From IMG/VR virus record IMGVR_UViG_3300027815_000003, positions 32,001 through 96,000 of that record: a DNA stretch of 64,000 nucleotides; one strand, given 5' to 3'. Below the pieces are notes generated by a model, which was not told the DNA's origin, made no database searches, and saw only the letters and a program-made list of their open reading frames with translations. Of the stretch, positions 1-9,558 are shown piece by piece (position 1 is the stretch's first letter; each line of letters begins with the position of its first letter). The DNA comes from a virus. A program made the translations under genes and the position numbers.

Positions 1-930
1 AAAAATGATAGTTTTGTTTAAATATGGGGTACTTAATTTTTCTACTTCTGCATAGGCCGAAAGAAATCTAAATGGTAATTGTTTTGAATTCAAAACAGCT
101 TTTTTGTTAGCAACAGCCTTTAATATTTTATTAAAATGTATATCATCTACTTCTACCTGAAGTATATTTCTTAGATTTCTCAATAAAGCCATATAATTTT
201 TCACAACTAAATTTTGCCCATCATAAGTTACCCAGATATCAATCTGTTTTTCCCAAGCATCTTTTTTGAGTTCTATTTTTTCTTCTTCATTAAGATTTTG
301 TTCTTTGGCTACCTGCCCAACACCAGAAATATTTACTTCCCATGTTGTGTCAGATTGTTTAAGTTTACCATTCATTAAATCATTATATGTTTTTGACATA
401 GTATCATTAATGGGTTTAGGATGGACTAAATTAAAAACATCAACCAATGATACTTTTCTATTTTCTCCCCGATAATGTGAAAGCTGATATGTATCAAACT
501 TTATTAAGGCAGAAGCTACACCCTTTTTAACAGCATTAGGAACTGGTTTACCGACATAGGCAACCAATTCAGTTAAATCATCGACTCTTTCTGCACCAGC
601 AAAAATAGCATTTTTTACAATACTATCACCTTTATGAACTTTAGATAATTCCCCCATAATAACCGAAAAGGCAGAACGCATATGAAAAACATTTCTTACA
701 TAAATAGCTAATTTAGCTACAAATAATGGATCTCTTTTTGCTATTTCTTTAATTAATCCAGAAACCCTTTCTATTCTTGACTCTTTTGATTCATAATAGG
801 AATCTTCAAAAAATGAAGTTAAAACAGAAAAAATAAGTTCTTCTTTGGGAGTTTGTTTGTAACTTTCTTCTCCCATATAATTAGTTGTTAAATTTGTTCT
901 TGTTTCTTTCTTTTCATTAAATTTAGCCAT
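1..930 (-). CDS. rsr: TROVE-domain Ro60/Rsr RNA-binding protein, 3' end beyond left edge; missed by ORF track
   Basis: Manual translation from ATG at 930: MAKFNEKKETRTNLTTNYMGEESYKQTPKEELIFSVLTSFFEDSYYE...DPLFVAKLAIYVRNVFHMRS...FDTYQLSHYRGENRKVSLVDVFNLVHPKP...TWEVNIS; typical TROVE motifs. Confidence 0.92.
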   Translation of the reverse strand, partial: MAKFNEKKETRTNLTTNYMGEESYKQTPKEELIFSVLTSFFEDSYYESKESRIERVSGLIKEIAKRDPLFVAKLAIYVRNVFHMRSAFSVIMGELSKVHKGDSIVKNAIFAGAERVDDLTELVAYVGKPVPNAVKKGVASALIKFDTYQLSHYRGENRKVSLVDVFNLVHPKPINDTMSKTYNDLMNGKLKQSDTTWEVNISGVGQVAKEQNLNEEEKIELKKDAWEKQIDIWVTYDGQNLVVKNYMALLRNLRNILQVEVDDIHFNKILKAVANKKAVLNSKQLPFRFLSAYAEVEKLSTPYLNKTIIF

Positions 931-974
931 TTTCTTTTCCTTTCACTTTCTTTTATTTATTAGAAGATATTTTA

Positions 975-1077
975 TGTGGGTAGTGTAGGATTCGAACCTA
1001 CAGGAGAACCAACTTAACTAACGAATCGAACATTATTTCTGGGAATTACCACAGTGCAGCCAATTGCAAGACTACCC
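975..1077 (-). ncRNA. tRNA-like RNA with acceptor stem, D-like arm and two T-arms; no canonical anticodon arm
   Basis: GGGTAGT/ACTACCC acceptor stem; TGCA-ATTGGC-TGCA D-like arm; T-arms TAATG-TTCGATT-CGTTA (1019-1035) and GTAGG-TTCGAAT-CCTAC (985-1001). Confidence 0.7.
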
Positions 1078-1086
1078 ATATTTTTC

Positions 1087-1240
1087 ATAACAGAGAAAAA
1101 TATAATTAGTGTTTTCTATTTTCCGTTGCTCTTCCAATTGAGCTATATTGATTTTTGATTTCTATTATATCAAAAAGGAGACTCGAACTCCTAACCTACA
1201 GTTTGACTTTTCGATGAAACTAATTACTAACTTCTGTTAT
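1087..1240 (-). ncRNA. yrlA: YrlA-type Y RNA (circularly permuted tRNA mimic)
   Basis: Terminal stems ATAACAGA/TCTGTTAT and TAATTAGT/ACTAATTA enclose, in order, a T-arm (AGGAG-TTCGAGT-CTCCT), a closed acceptor-like hairpin (TTTTGAT..ATCAAAA) and a D-arm (TAGCTCAATTGGAAGAGC); adjacent to TROVE gene. Confidence 0.85.
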
Positions 1241-1247
1241 ATTTTTA

Positions 1248-1457
1248 TTATTTTGAGGCTTCTATTGCAGCAACCAAATCTTCATTATATCCACCCCTAC
1301 AAATATATAGTTCTTGTGCGGTTTCTGAAGCATTTGCACACCCTACAGCCCTCTGTGTAATATTTTTAATATTTGTTGTTACCATAATAGTAACAACAAT
1401 TAACGCTACTATAATAACAGAAGTAATACCCAATATAAGAACCTTATCATTATCCAA
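1248..1457 (-). CDS. small membrane protein
   Basis: Single N-terminal hydrophobic helix. Confidence 0.6.
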   Translation of the reverse strand: MDNDKVLILGITSVIIVALIVVTIMVTTNIKNITQRAVGCANASETAQELYICRGGYNEDLVAAIEASK

Positions 1458-1458
1458 T

Positions 1459-1716
1459 TTATTTTATTCCTTTCTCTATATTATCTAATTCAATAATTCT
1501 ATTTATATCTTCTTTAGTTTTTCTACTTCCGACATGCCATCCATTACAAAATGGACAAGGATATGCTTCTAAATTTCTTCCCTTTTTGTTATTTATCTCT
1601 AATGCTTTTTTATTTGCAGTTTCTTCACTCTTATAATTTATTTTTGATCCACAAGAATTTTGTTTACCACAAAGATAAGCTATTTTTAATTGTAAATTAT
1701 ATTCATCTATATCCAT
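1459..1716 (-). CDS. hypothetical protein with CPFC..WH zinc-binding motif
   Basis: YPCPFCNGWHVG. Confidence 0.65.
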   Translation of the reverse strand: MDIDEYNLQLKIAYLCGKQNSCGSKINYKSEETANKKALEINNKKGRNLEAYPCPFCNGWHVGSRKTKEDINRIIELDNIEKGIK

Positions 1717-1735
1717 ATATTTATTTTTGTCTCAG

Positions 1736-2437
1736 TTATTTTCCTGCCGCATTTTTCCTATCTTCGTCCGTCACTAATGAATCTAAAGTTGTATTACCAC
1801 CAGAATATCTTTGTCTAGCAATTGTAGCTGTAGAATAAGCTGCCGAAACACCTGCGGCACCAGAAGTGTTTAAGAAATTACTAGCAGTAGTTGTACCAAT
1901 AAAATTATTTACTTGGCTCCAGGCATCTACAGCTACACCAAGATACATAAATGCCCATCCTAGTGTTTCTTTATCTTTCATCATGGTTTTAAGTTTATCC
2001 AATGTCATTTCTTTACTGGAATTTTCTTGACCGTCAGTAAAAATAACAGTCAATACTTTATCACCAGATTTTACTTTATCTTCTATATTTCTCAAAGAAT
2101 GAGAAATTGCATCATATAAGGGTGTCATTGCTCCAGGGCGATATGATTTATTATCCAAATGATTTACTATAGATGGCAATACATCATCATAAACTTGCTC
2201 TAATTTTGTAGAATCAAACTTTAATAGACTAAATCTATATAATTCATCTCCATCAGCTTTTAAATCATCAATATATTTATTAAATCCAGTCATTACTTCG
2301 TGTTCTATATTAGACATAGAACCAGTTTCATCTAATACAAAATTGATATGAGTTAGCCCCTTTGTTATTTTCTTTTTTGCCATTTTATTTTTCTTTCTTT
2401 TTATATCTAGAAGAAACTTTAGTTTAGTATTTTTCAT
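1736..2437 (-). CDS. vWA-domain protein (start probably at MAKKK)
   Basis: MIDAS-like FVLDETGSM, TPLYDAI, FTDGQENSS. Confidence 0.85.
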   Translation of the reverse strand: MKNTKLKFLLDIKRKKNKMAKKKITKGLTHINFVLDETGSMSNIEHEVMTGFNKYIDDLKADGDELYRFSLLKFDSTKLEQVYDDVLPSIVNHLDNKSYRPGAMTPLYDAISHSLRNIEDKVKSGDKVLTVIFTDGQENSSKEMTLDKLKTMMKDKETLGWAFMYLGVAVDAWSQVNNFIGTTTASNFLNTSGAAGVSAAYSTATIARQRYSGGNTTLDSLVTDEDRKNAAGK

Positions 2438-2475
2438 AATCCGAAGTAACTAAACAATAACTATCTAGATTTTTT

Positions 2476-2698
2476 AATTGCAATTTAGATTCTTTCACTC
2501 TAAAACTATGGACTTGTTAGTAATGTGGTCTGATCGCTGACTTTTACAGCGTCATTTTATGCTGTTTCCCTACGTTATTTCTTTGGGTTGCCACATTCGG
2601 CCTTTTTTAGGCTTGCCTTGTTAATTCAGGGTCTGCGTAATAACTACACATTTGTCCATTCAACCGTTACCTTAGCGTCTTATTCCGCCATTGCAATT
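2476..2698 (-). ncRNA. candidate structured ncRNA A (~223 nt)
   Basis: Intergenic and relatively GC-rich; closed by AATTGCAA/TTGCAATT; internal helices ATGGAC/GTCCAT, AATGTGG/CCACATT, CGCTG/CAGCG; 3' hairpin identical to 49434-49457. Confidence 0.6.
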
Positions 2699-2707
2699 TT
2701 TTATTAA

Positions 2708-2875
2708 TTAGTCTACTTGATTTAGTAGAGAAATAAGATTTGCTTTTATTCTATCTATATTTTTTTCTGATAATTGCCCGCATCCAGAGCACATACCATT
2801 AATTTGGTATGTTTTTCTGGCACAATTATTACAGTTAGAAATTCTATAGTTTTTAATCATAATATTTCCTTTCAT
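2708..2875 (-). CDS. small CxxC..CxxC protein (55 aa), not in ORF track
   Basis: MKGNIMIKNYRISNCNNCARKTYQINGMCSGCGQLSEKNIDRIKANLISLLNQVD, directly downstream of a consensus promoter. Confidence 0.6.
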   Translation of the reverse strand: MKGNIMIKNYRISNCNNCARKTYQINGMCSGCGQLSEKNIDRIKANLISLLNQVD

Positions 2876-2907
2876 AATTTATCACCCTCTTTTTGTCTGT
2901 ATCTCTT

Positions 2908-2936
2908 AGTATATCACATTTTACTGTTCTTGTCAA
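2908..2936 (-). promoter_or_regulatory. sigma70/sigmaA-type promoter
   Basis: TTGACA-17 nt-TATACT with TG extension. Confidence 0.8.
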
Positions 2937-2987
2937 ACGGCGGTTATATCTGGTTATCAAATGATCTTTAGATAATAGTATCTATCT

Positions 2988-3886
2988 TTATGATAATATC
3001 TTTATCTCATAAATTTCTGTTAAATCTTTTTCTGTTACAGTATAGTATTCAAGACTTTTAGTTATATTTATTAACATTGATAAATAACCAGGTAAAGAAT
3101 CATAGTATAGAAACTTTTCTTTTGTTTTATTTATATCACAAAATTTGTTTTCTAATTTAACTATTTTATTTCTTGTGACAACGACACAAATACTTCTAAT
3201 AAAAAAGTATATAAGAATTATATTAATTATCCACATGTTAATTCTTGATAGTATTTAGCCTTTTCTTGCTTTCCGCAAAATTCACATATATTTGCCCAAC
3301 TTGTTAGTTCTCTACATCTAAAACAAACATCTATAAATTCTTCTGCAGGTATACTATGGCAACATACACTTCTCAACATAAAATTATGAGAACATTTATT
3401 TTCTATTTTATCCCAAATTTCTTCTGCTCTTTTTATATCTTTTTCTGATAGTGGTGATAAATCAATATAAATAAGTGCATATAATGGAGATAATTGTTCC
3501 GTAGAAACATTAAATTCATTTCTTATACAATCAGCAATTTCCAATAGATATTCTTTTTGTTCTTTTGTAAATGTTAAATGTTTTTCTTTATTTGGTATAA
3601 ACATTATATTTTACCATTCATTAAACTCTTTTCTATAATCTGGATATCCATGTGCTATATTTTCTCCAAAACTTTCTTTTAATTTTTCTTGTTCTTTTTC
3701 TAAAAATTCCCAATTATATTTCAAACCAGGATTTTCTTTTGTTATTACATAAATAGCAGGTTCCCCACCAGATATACTATCCTCAATCTCACTCACTGTC
3801 GCTTTACCGCCAACAAAATAATCTATCCCGTGACTTAAATAAAAAGAAGACGGTATATAAATAGTATCTCCAACTTCAGGTAACAT
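2988..3886 (-). CDS. three small hypothetical phage proteins (2988-3236, 3227-3604, 3611-3886)
   Basis: Tightly packed co-oriented ORFs; no recognisable family. Confidence 0.55.
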
Positions 3887-3905
3887 ATTTTTAATTCTTT
3901 CTTTA

Positions 3906-3993
3906 TGGCTGGGAATAATGGGGTCGAACCATTGTAGTATTTCTACTAATTTTAGTTTAGCAAACTAATACATTGCCTCTCTGTCAATTCCCA
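3906..3993 (-). tRNA. tRNA-Ser(GCT) with encoded CCA
   Basis: TGGGAAT/ATTCCCA acceptor, G discriminator, TTAGT-TTGCTAA-ACTAA anticodon arm, long variable arm, AATGG-TTCGACC-CCATT T-arm. Confidence 0.9.
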
Positions 3994-4017
3994 ACAGCCA
4001 ACAGTATATCATATCCT

Positions 4018-4365
4018 TCACAGATTGTCAAGCCCATAGACTGTCATTCCAGCAGCCCATTTATTTTCATTACATAATCCAGCATTCATTTCTATAATAA
4101 AGTTTGAACTAGGAAGAACAATCATTATTTTCCCTTTTTCTACGTTCTTTTCTATATGAATTATTTTCTTATCTCTTACACAAACAATATCTATAGGAAA
4201 AAGCATTTTTGTTGTATTAAAAAGATGTTTTGGAAGAGTATAAACAAACGGGAAAACAAGACATTTATCCATAGGTAATGATTCTAAATCTGACAGCCCT
4301 TGTGCTTGTTCTTCTGGTGTTCTAGCTACTATTATATCTAATTGTTTGTTACCTATTTTAATCAA
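4018..4365 (-). CDS. DUF192 family protein
   Basis: VARTPEEQAQGL..MLFPIDIV..IEMNAG. Confidence 0.8.
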   Translation of the reverse strand: MIKIGNKQLDIIVARTPEEQAQGLSDLESLPMDKCLVFPFVYTLPKHLFNTTKMLFPIDIVCVRDKKIIHIEKNVEKGKIMIVLPSSNFIIEMNAGLCNENKWAAGMTVYGLDNL

Positions 4366-5321
4366 TTATTTCTCCTTTTTTTGTATAGCTAATTTTTTAT
4401 TTTGTAAAATATTTTTTAAATGATATAGTGTATTTTCGTCATCAAAATCACTAGCAAATCCCTGTAAAATATAAAGTTTTTGCCAAAATTCTAATTCATC
4501 TTTTCCATTAATATAATCTACAGAATCTAAATATCTTTTTGTTATATTACCTATTACACCAGATATCGCACCATCAGGCCAAAATTCAACAGATAAATTA
4601 ATCCACTCGTATCCAATAACTATTGTATCTTTTAACTCATTTTTTAATAAATTAAAAAATGGATGAACTTGAATTTCTAATAAATCTTTTACTTCTTGTA
4701 ATAATTTATAATTATTTTTATCCATCGTATTCCTTATTTATTTTCATTTGCCTTCTATGTTTTTGTAATTCATTAATCGCTACATCTAAATTATCTAATA
4801 AAGTTTCCTCTATTTTATCATTATTAGTATAATCTTTATTATAATAGGGAATAGGTTGAAATGCAGCAAATCTTTCATTTCTTCTATCAGCAATATTAAT
4901 ATCTAATACATAATCATTGTCGCAATCTATTATATTATGTTCTATTCTCCAATTATACAATGACTCTAAAATTTGTTGTATTTGTTCATCGGTTATATCT
5001 TGCCAAGAATAAACTTGTTTAGTCATTTTTACCCCTAAACTTTTCTGGTAAACTATTTATACCAGTGTGTTCTTTTCTAAAATCAACATATTCATCTATT
5101 TCCCACATTTCGCCATCATTAATTCCACCTTCTGTACAAGAAGTATCATCTATATCTTTTATGTAAATATTACACCATTTACACCAGTAAGATATTAAAA
5201 AATCTCCGCCATCTTTTTGTACCAAATAATTAGCTTGTTCCCCTATATAAATAATATCTGGGCATCCAAAACATTTATGTTCTTTCCTAACTTTTACAAC
5301 ACTATCTCTAAATATTATCAT
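4366..5321 (-). CDS. three small hypothetical proteins (4366-4725, 4718-5026, 5019-5321)
   Basis: Overlapping start/stop packing; the last has CxxC pairs. Confidence 0.55.
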
Positions 5322-5352
5322 TTACCCCATCTATCTAAAGCGATTAGTTTAT

Positions 5353-6060
5353 TCATTCCCAATAATTTCTCCTTATATTAATAAGAAAATCGTTGACAGG
5401 TTCAAGGTTCTTTTCTTTATTTGGATTTTCTTGATATGCTTTTTCTAATTCAGCTTTTAATAATTCAGAAGTATTTATAATTTGTCCTATATCAATTACA
5501 CCATTTTTAACATCCATTAAATAAGCATTCCAAGCATGATGTTCTTTTAATCCGATTAAGACATCATATTTATTTAATACCTCTACTGAAAAAGTCCCAG
5601 TTCTTAGTAATTCAATACCCTGGATTAAAACACGCAAATGCGCTACAGCAAGTTTTGAACGTTCTTTAAAAGCATTTGATTCATTAAACATCCTCTTCTG
5701 CTGTGAATGTGAGTAGCCCGTATAGGCATTATATATACCCTTACTACTCCAAACATAAGGAAACAAACTTCTTAATTCTTCTGCCATTTTTATATTATCA
5801 GATTCAAGAATTGGAGATTTAAATAATTCTAAAATAGTGGGGTTGCTGGATAGTCCCAAACGCAAAAGATGTTCGACTTCCATAGACATATTATCCTCAT
5901 CTTCTCTTATTGTTTGTTTTATTTTTGGTTCTGGCCCAATTTCTAATAATCTAGATGTAGGCCAGAGAAATACAGATTTAGTATCTATATCGCTAAATTC
6001 ATTCGCCAAATTATAAGCCCGACTTCCAACAAGGCATTTCATTATTGTAAAATTTTTCAT
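5353..6060 (-). CDS. DNA polymerase beta-superfamily nucleotidyltransferase (RlaP/YcgL-like)
   Basis: GSRAYNLANEFSDID catalytic motif; NPTILELF; HLRVLIQGIELLRTG. Confidence 0.85.
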   Translation of the reverse strand: MKNFTIMKCLVGSRAYNLANEFSDIDTKSVFLWPTSRLLEIGPEPKIKQTIREDEDNMSMEVEHLLRLGLSSNPTILELFKSPILESDNIKMAEELRSLFPYVWSSKGIYNAYTGYSHSQQKRMFNESNAFKERSKLAVAHLRVLIQGIELLRTGTFSVEVLNKYDVLIGLKEHHAWNAYLMDVKNGVIDIGQIINTSELLKAELEKAYQENPNKEKNLEPVNDFLINIRRNYWE

Positions 6061-6063
6061 AAT

Positions 6064-7070
6064 TTAACTAAACGGCTCCCATTTTGATTTTAAAATAATA
6101 TCATAACAATCAGCACATATATCATCTTTTTTATCTAGATAAATAAGAGGAGATAAGGTATGATTATCTTTAGTTTTTACAAATATTTTAAATCCACTTA
6201 ATCTAACTTTAACCTCTTTATTGCAAATATCACAATTTATTATTTTCATTTTTTCTTTGTCTGTTTCTATACTCTTCTATTTTTCTATCTTCCTCTTCGT
6301 CTTCTTTCTCCCATTTTTCTTTTGTTTTTTTAATTATTTCTCTTAGTTTTTTCCCTAAATTTTCAAACAAAACATTTTCTGGTCGATAATAAACTGTCCT
6401 TTCATAATTAATAGAAATATAATATCTTACATTGATATTATCATTGTCTATATCAATATCTATATATAATGTTCTATCTTCATCACGACAAATTTTAATA
6501 CCATAAGAATTTTTATAAAAACTTATCCAACAATTATAATCCTCTTTTGCCAAATCAATAACAATAGATTCTATAGTTAATAAATCATGTTTTATTTCAA
6601 AATCACTAGGCATTAGCTTCTTTTACCCCATCTTCATAACCATAATCTCTACCATATTGATATTCTTTTTTTAGTTCTTTTTTATGGTTTTCTTTTAAAT
6701 CTTCAATTTGTTTTGTTAATTCATCTATTCGTTCTTGTGCCCTATATTCTATTTCTGCTATTTTTTCTTTCGCCTCTAATTCAGCTTCATTAAATCCTTC
6801 TTTATATCCCTCGTCTGAAGCATCATCAATCTCATCTCTCATTCCATCTTCACATTCATCATATCCTTTTTGCCATTCGTCTTGTATATTTTTCTCATAT
6901 TCATCTAAAGAATATAACACGAAATCAGTGCTATTTAAATGATCTACAATTTCTTTTATCTCTTCTTGCTCTAAATAAACGATATATCCATCATTTAATC
7001 TAATACTTATCCCACCATATAAACTTTCTGGTGTGGAAATTATACTATAATCTTTATTATTTATACGCAT
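6064..7070 (-). CDS. three hypothetical proteins (6064-6249, 6230-6613, 6606-7070)
   Basis: Packed ORFs; the last has repeated GY(D/E)EG motifs. Confidence 0.55.
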
Positions 7071-7102
7071 TATTTAATTTTCCTTTCTTTCATTTTCTTG
7101 TT

Positions 7103-7180
7103 TGGTCTGGGTAGAAAGCTCCGCCCTTTCAAGATTTCTAGAGTCCAAGTCTAGTGGCCTTCTAAATGGCCCTTACCCAG
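7103..7180 (-). tRNA. atypical tRNA-Pro(TGG) with encoded CCA
   Basis: CTGGGTA/TACCCAG acceptor, A73-CCA, CTAGA-CTTGGAC-TCTAG anticodon arm; T-loop GGCGGAG and D-loop without GG are non-canonical. Confidence 0.75.
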
Positions 7181-7388
7181 AAATATTAACTATTTATTCT
7201 ATTACTCATTTTACACCCCTAAAAATCATATTAAGAATTGTTTTATCGTTCCAATAACAATTGGGACATTCAATTGAATGTAAAGACATAATTATTTCAA
7301 AATTATTTTGTACTTCTTTTTCAAAAATTCTCCAACTTATTCCATAAACCCCCAAAACATTTTTATAATTTTCCGTTCTCTATCATAT

Positions 7389-8297
7389 CTATTTTTTATC
7401 CTGTAACATCCCATTTTTTGCCATTAACTCACAAATATATTCACATTTAGCAATTATATCTTTCTTTTCTGCTTCATCTAATTTTAAGTGCCAAATATCT
7501 ATTACAAGATTTTCTATAGCTTCTTCTACATCATTAAATTCTGATAATACCGCTTTTATTTGTTTTTGTGTTTTCTTACTCATATTTCATCACATCTATA
7601 ATCCCATTTAATACTGGTTGCCAAATCTGTTTCGGGTAATCATTGCCTATATTTTTAGCAAATGCAAACATTTTTGCCTCTCCTTGTATTCTAGAATCGT
7701 GATGAATTAAACTAAACCTTTTTATAATATCGTTGGAAATAGATTCACTAGAAATTGTTTCTATAAAATAATTGTGTGCCTTTTCGCACACATAGCATTT
7801 TTTCTTTTCAGTTGTACTTTCCATAAATTCCCTTTCAGTCATTATAGCACTTTCAGTTTCAGATGTCAAGTACCATTTTTCTTATTTTCTGAAACAAAAT
7901 GCATCGCTACTAAAAAAGTATCTGGGCCACTTAAAATAAAATCATCTGGAACAGAAGATAATGCCTCTTTAATTTCTTTTATATTTATATTTTTACTACT
8001 ATATAATTTGACAAAAACATCACCAGGCATATAATCTATTTCATACTTATCTGTTTTAGGTATATCTCCTCTTATTACTCTTGTATTCCTATATAATTTT
8101 ATATCCTCTTCGTTTCTTTTTGCTTTTTCTGGGTCAGGTTTACCATCATTAAGAAACATTTCTCTAAAACGTTTAGCATCGTTACCTGTTAAAACTGGAT
8201 TAGAGAAAGTGTCAAATTTTGCTTTATCATTTTTTAATTGATTATTTAGCTTTTTTACTTCTCTATCTAATTCTTCTTTTTGTGTATGCCTTTTCAT
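7389..8297 (-). CDS. three hypothetical proteins (7389-7583, 7576-7869, 7866-8297)
   Basis: Packed co-oriented ORFs. Confidence 0.55.
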
Positions 8298-8298
8298 A

Positions 8299-8697
8299 TT
8301 ATTTTATTCTTTCTACACATAATTTTTGAACACCCTTATCATTTATCAATATTGTCTTTATCCCCATTGTAATCGCACGATTTAAACAATCTTTCGTCCC
8401 GTTTGATTCTTCTATATTCGCACTATATCCAATTACGAGGTCTGGTATAAAAAACAATAACATCGCTTGGTTTCTTAAAAATCCAGCAGCTTTCATATGA
8501 TAATCCCATAAAGCATTACATTCAAAAACATAAATACCAAGAGATTGTGCAATTTCTTTAGATATACTATCTAGCCCTTTCGCTCCACCCTCGCACAGGC
8601 ATAAATCATCTTTATATTTCTCTTTTAGTTTTATTAGGACATCTTTAACTATATCTTTATTTGTCCAGGTACGACTGCCAGTGAAAAGTACCTTCAT
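8299..8697 (-). CDS. SLOG-family (DUF2493/YspA-like) protein
   Basis: LFTGSR, EGGAKGLD, AAGFLRNQAM, SNGT motifs. Confidence 0.8.
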   Translation of the reverse strand: MKVLFTGSRTWTNKDIVKDVLIKLKEKYKDDLCLCEGGAKGLDSISKEIAQSLGIYVFECNALWDYHMKAAGFLRNQAMLLFFIPDLVIGYSANIEESNGTKDCLNRAITMGIKTILINDKGVQKLCVERIK

Positions 8698-9557
8698 TTA
8701 CTCATCCATATCCCTTTCTAACAAATGTTTTATTAATGCCTTGTTTGCATTTTTATTTTCTTCAAAATATTTTTCTAATAACCATTGCATTAAACCAGTA
8801 CATTTCTCGCAGAATTGTTTATCAAGAATTTCTCCATCACTATTAGAGAAATAACCCCAATTTGCTTTTAGTGTAGCATGTTCTGCAGAAAAAAATGGTA
8901 ATGTCTCTTTTGTTACGCAACTTCTGCCACACCCATCACAGATTACATCTACGGTTACTTCTTGTTCAATTGATTGTATTTGTGTTTTAATCATCTATTT
9001 CTTATTATAAAATATATCCCCACAACATCCATTTTCTTTATCATATATTTTTCCACAATGACCACAATAATTAGAAAGCAACTCAACTCTTTGTTCGTCT
9101 GTCAGTAAAGTATCAACAAGATATTGTATTTGATCTAAAAAATTATCATTTTTGCCACAAGAACAACTTCCACAATCACATTCTTCTAATTCTGTCTTGT
9201 TTCCTGAATCTTCTGCTTCTACACATTCTCTATTCTTCATTATTCTTTCTCCTTTACAATAATTTTGAATACCTTTGTCTGACCAATTTCATCTGCATTC
9301 AATTGTACCATATCAAGGTTACAGTTGTCAAGTACCTTAAGAAATTGTTCTATTATTTCTTTCATAGTTTTTGGTTTTGTAGGCGAAAAGACAAATGATG
9401 GATAAGTATTTAAACACACGCATGAATTTTTAAAACATATCCCGCAAATATAATAATAATTACCACCAGTTGTCGTTACTGTTTGTAATGATGGTTTACA
9501 TGTACATTGAAAACTACCGCATGTAGTACAGGCTATTTGATAATAATAATTTGTCAT
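8698..9557 (-). CDS. three small Cys-rich proteins (8698-8994, 8995-9240, 9240-9557)
   Basis: Multiple CxxC/CxC clusters in each. Confidence 0.6.
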
Positions 9558-9558
9558 T

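Noticed and set aside
975-1077. tRNA-Sec to serve the DUF4326 UGA
   Set aside because: No TCA anticodon loop, and the acceptor and D arms do not have Sec geometry.
2484-2507. GTTTTAGAG start resembles a Cas9 CRISPR repeat
   Set aside because: Only two copies 47 kb apart, no spacers, and the similarity stops after 9 nt.
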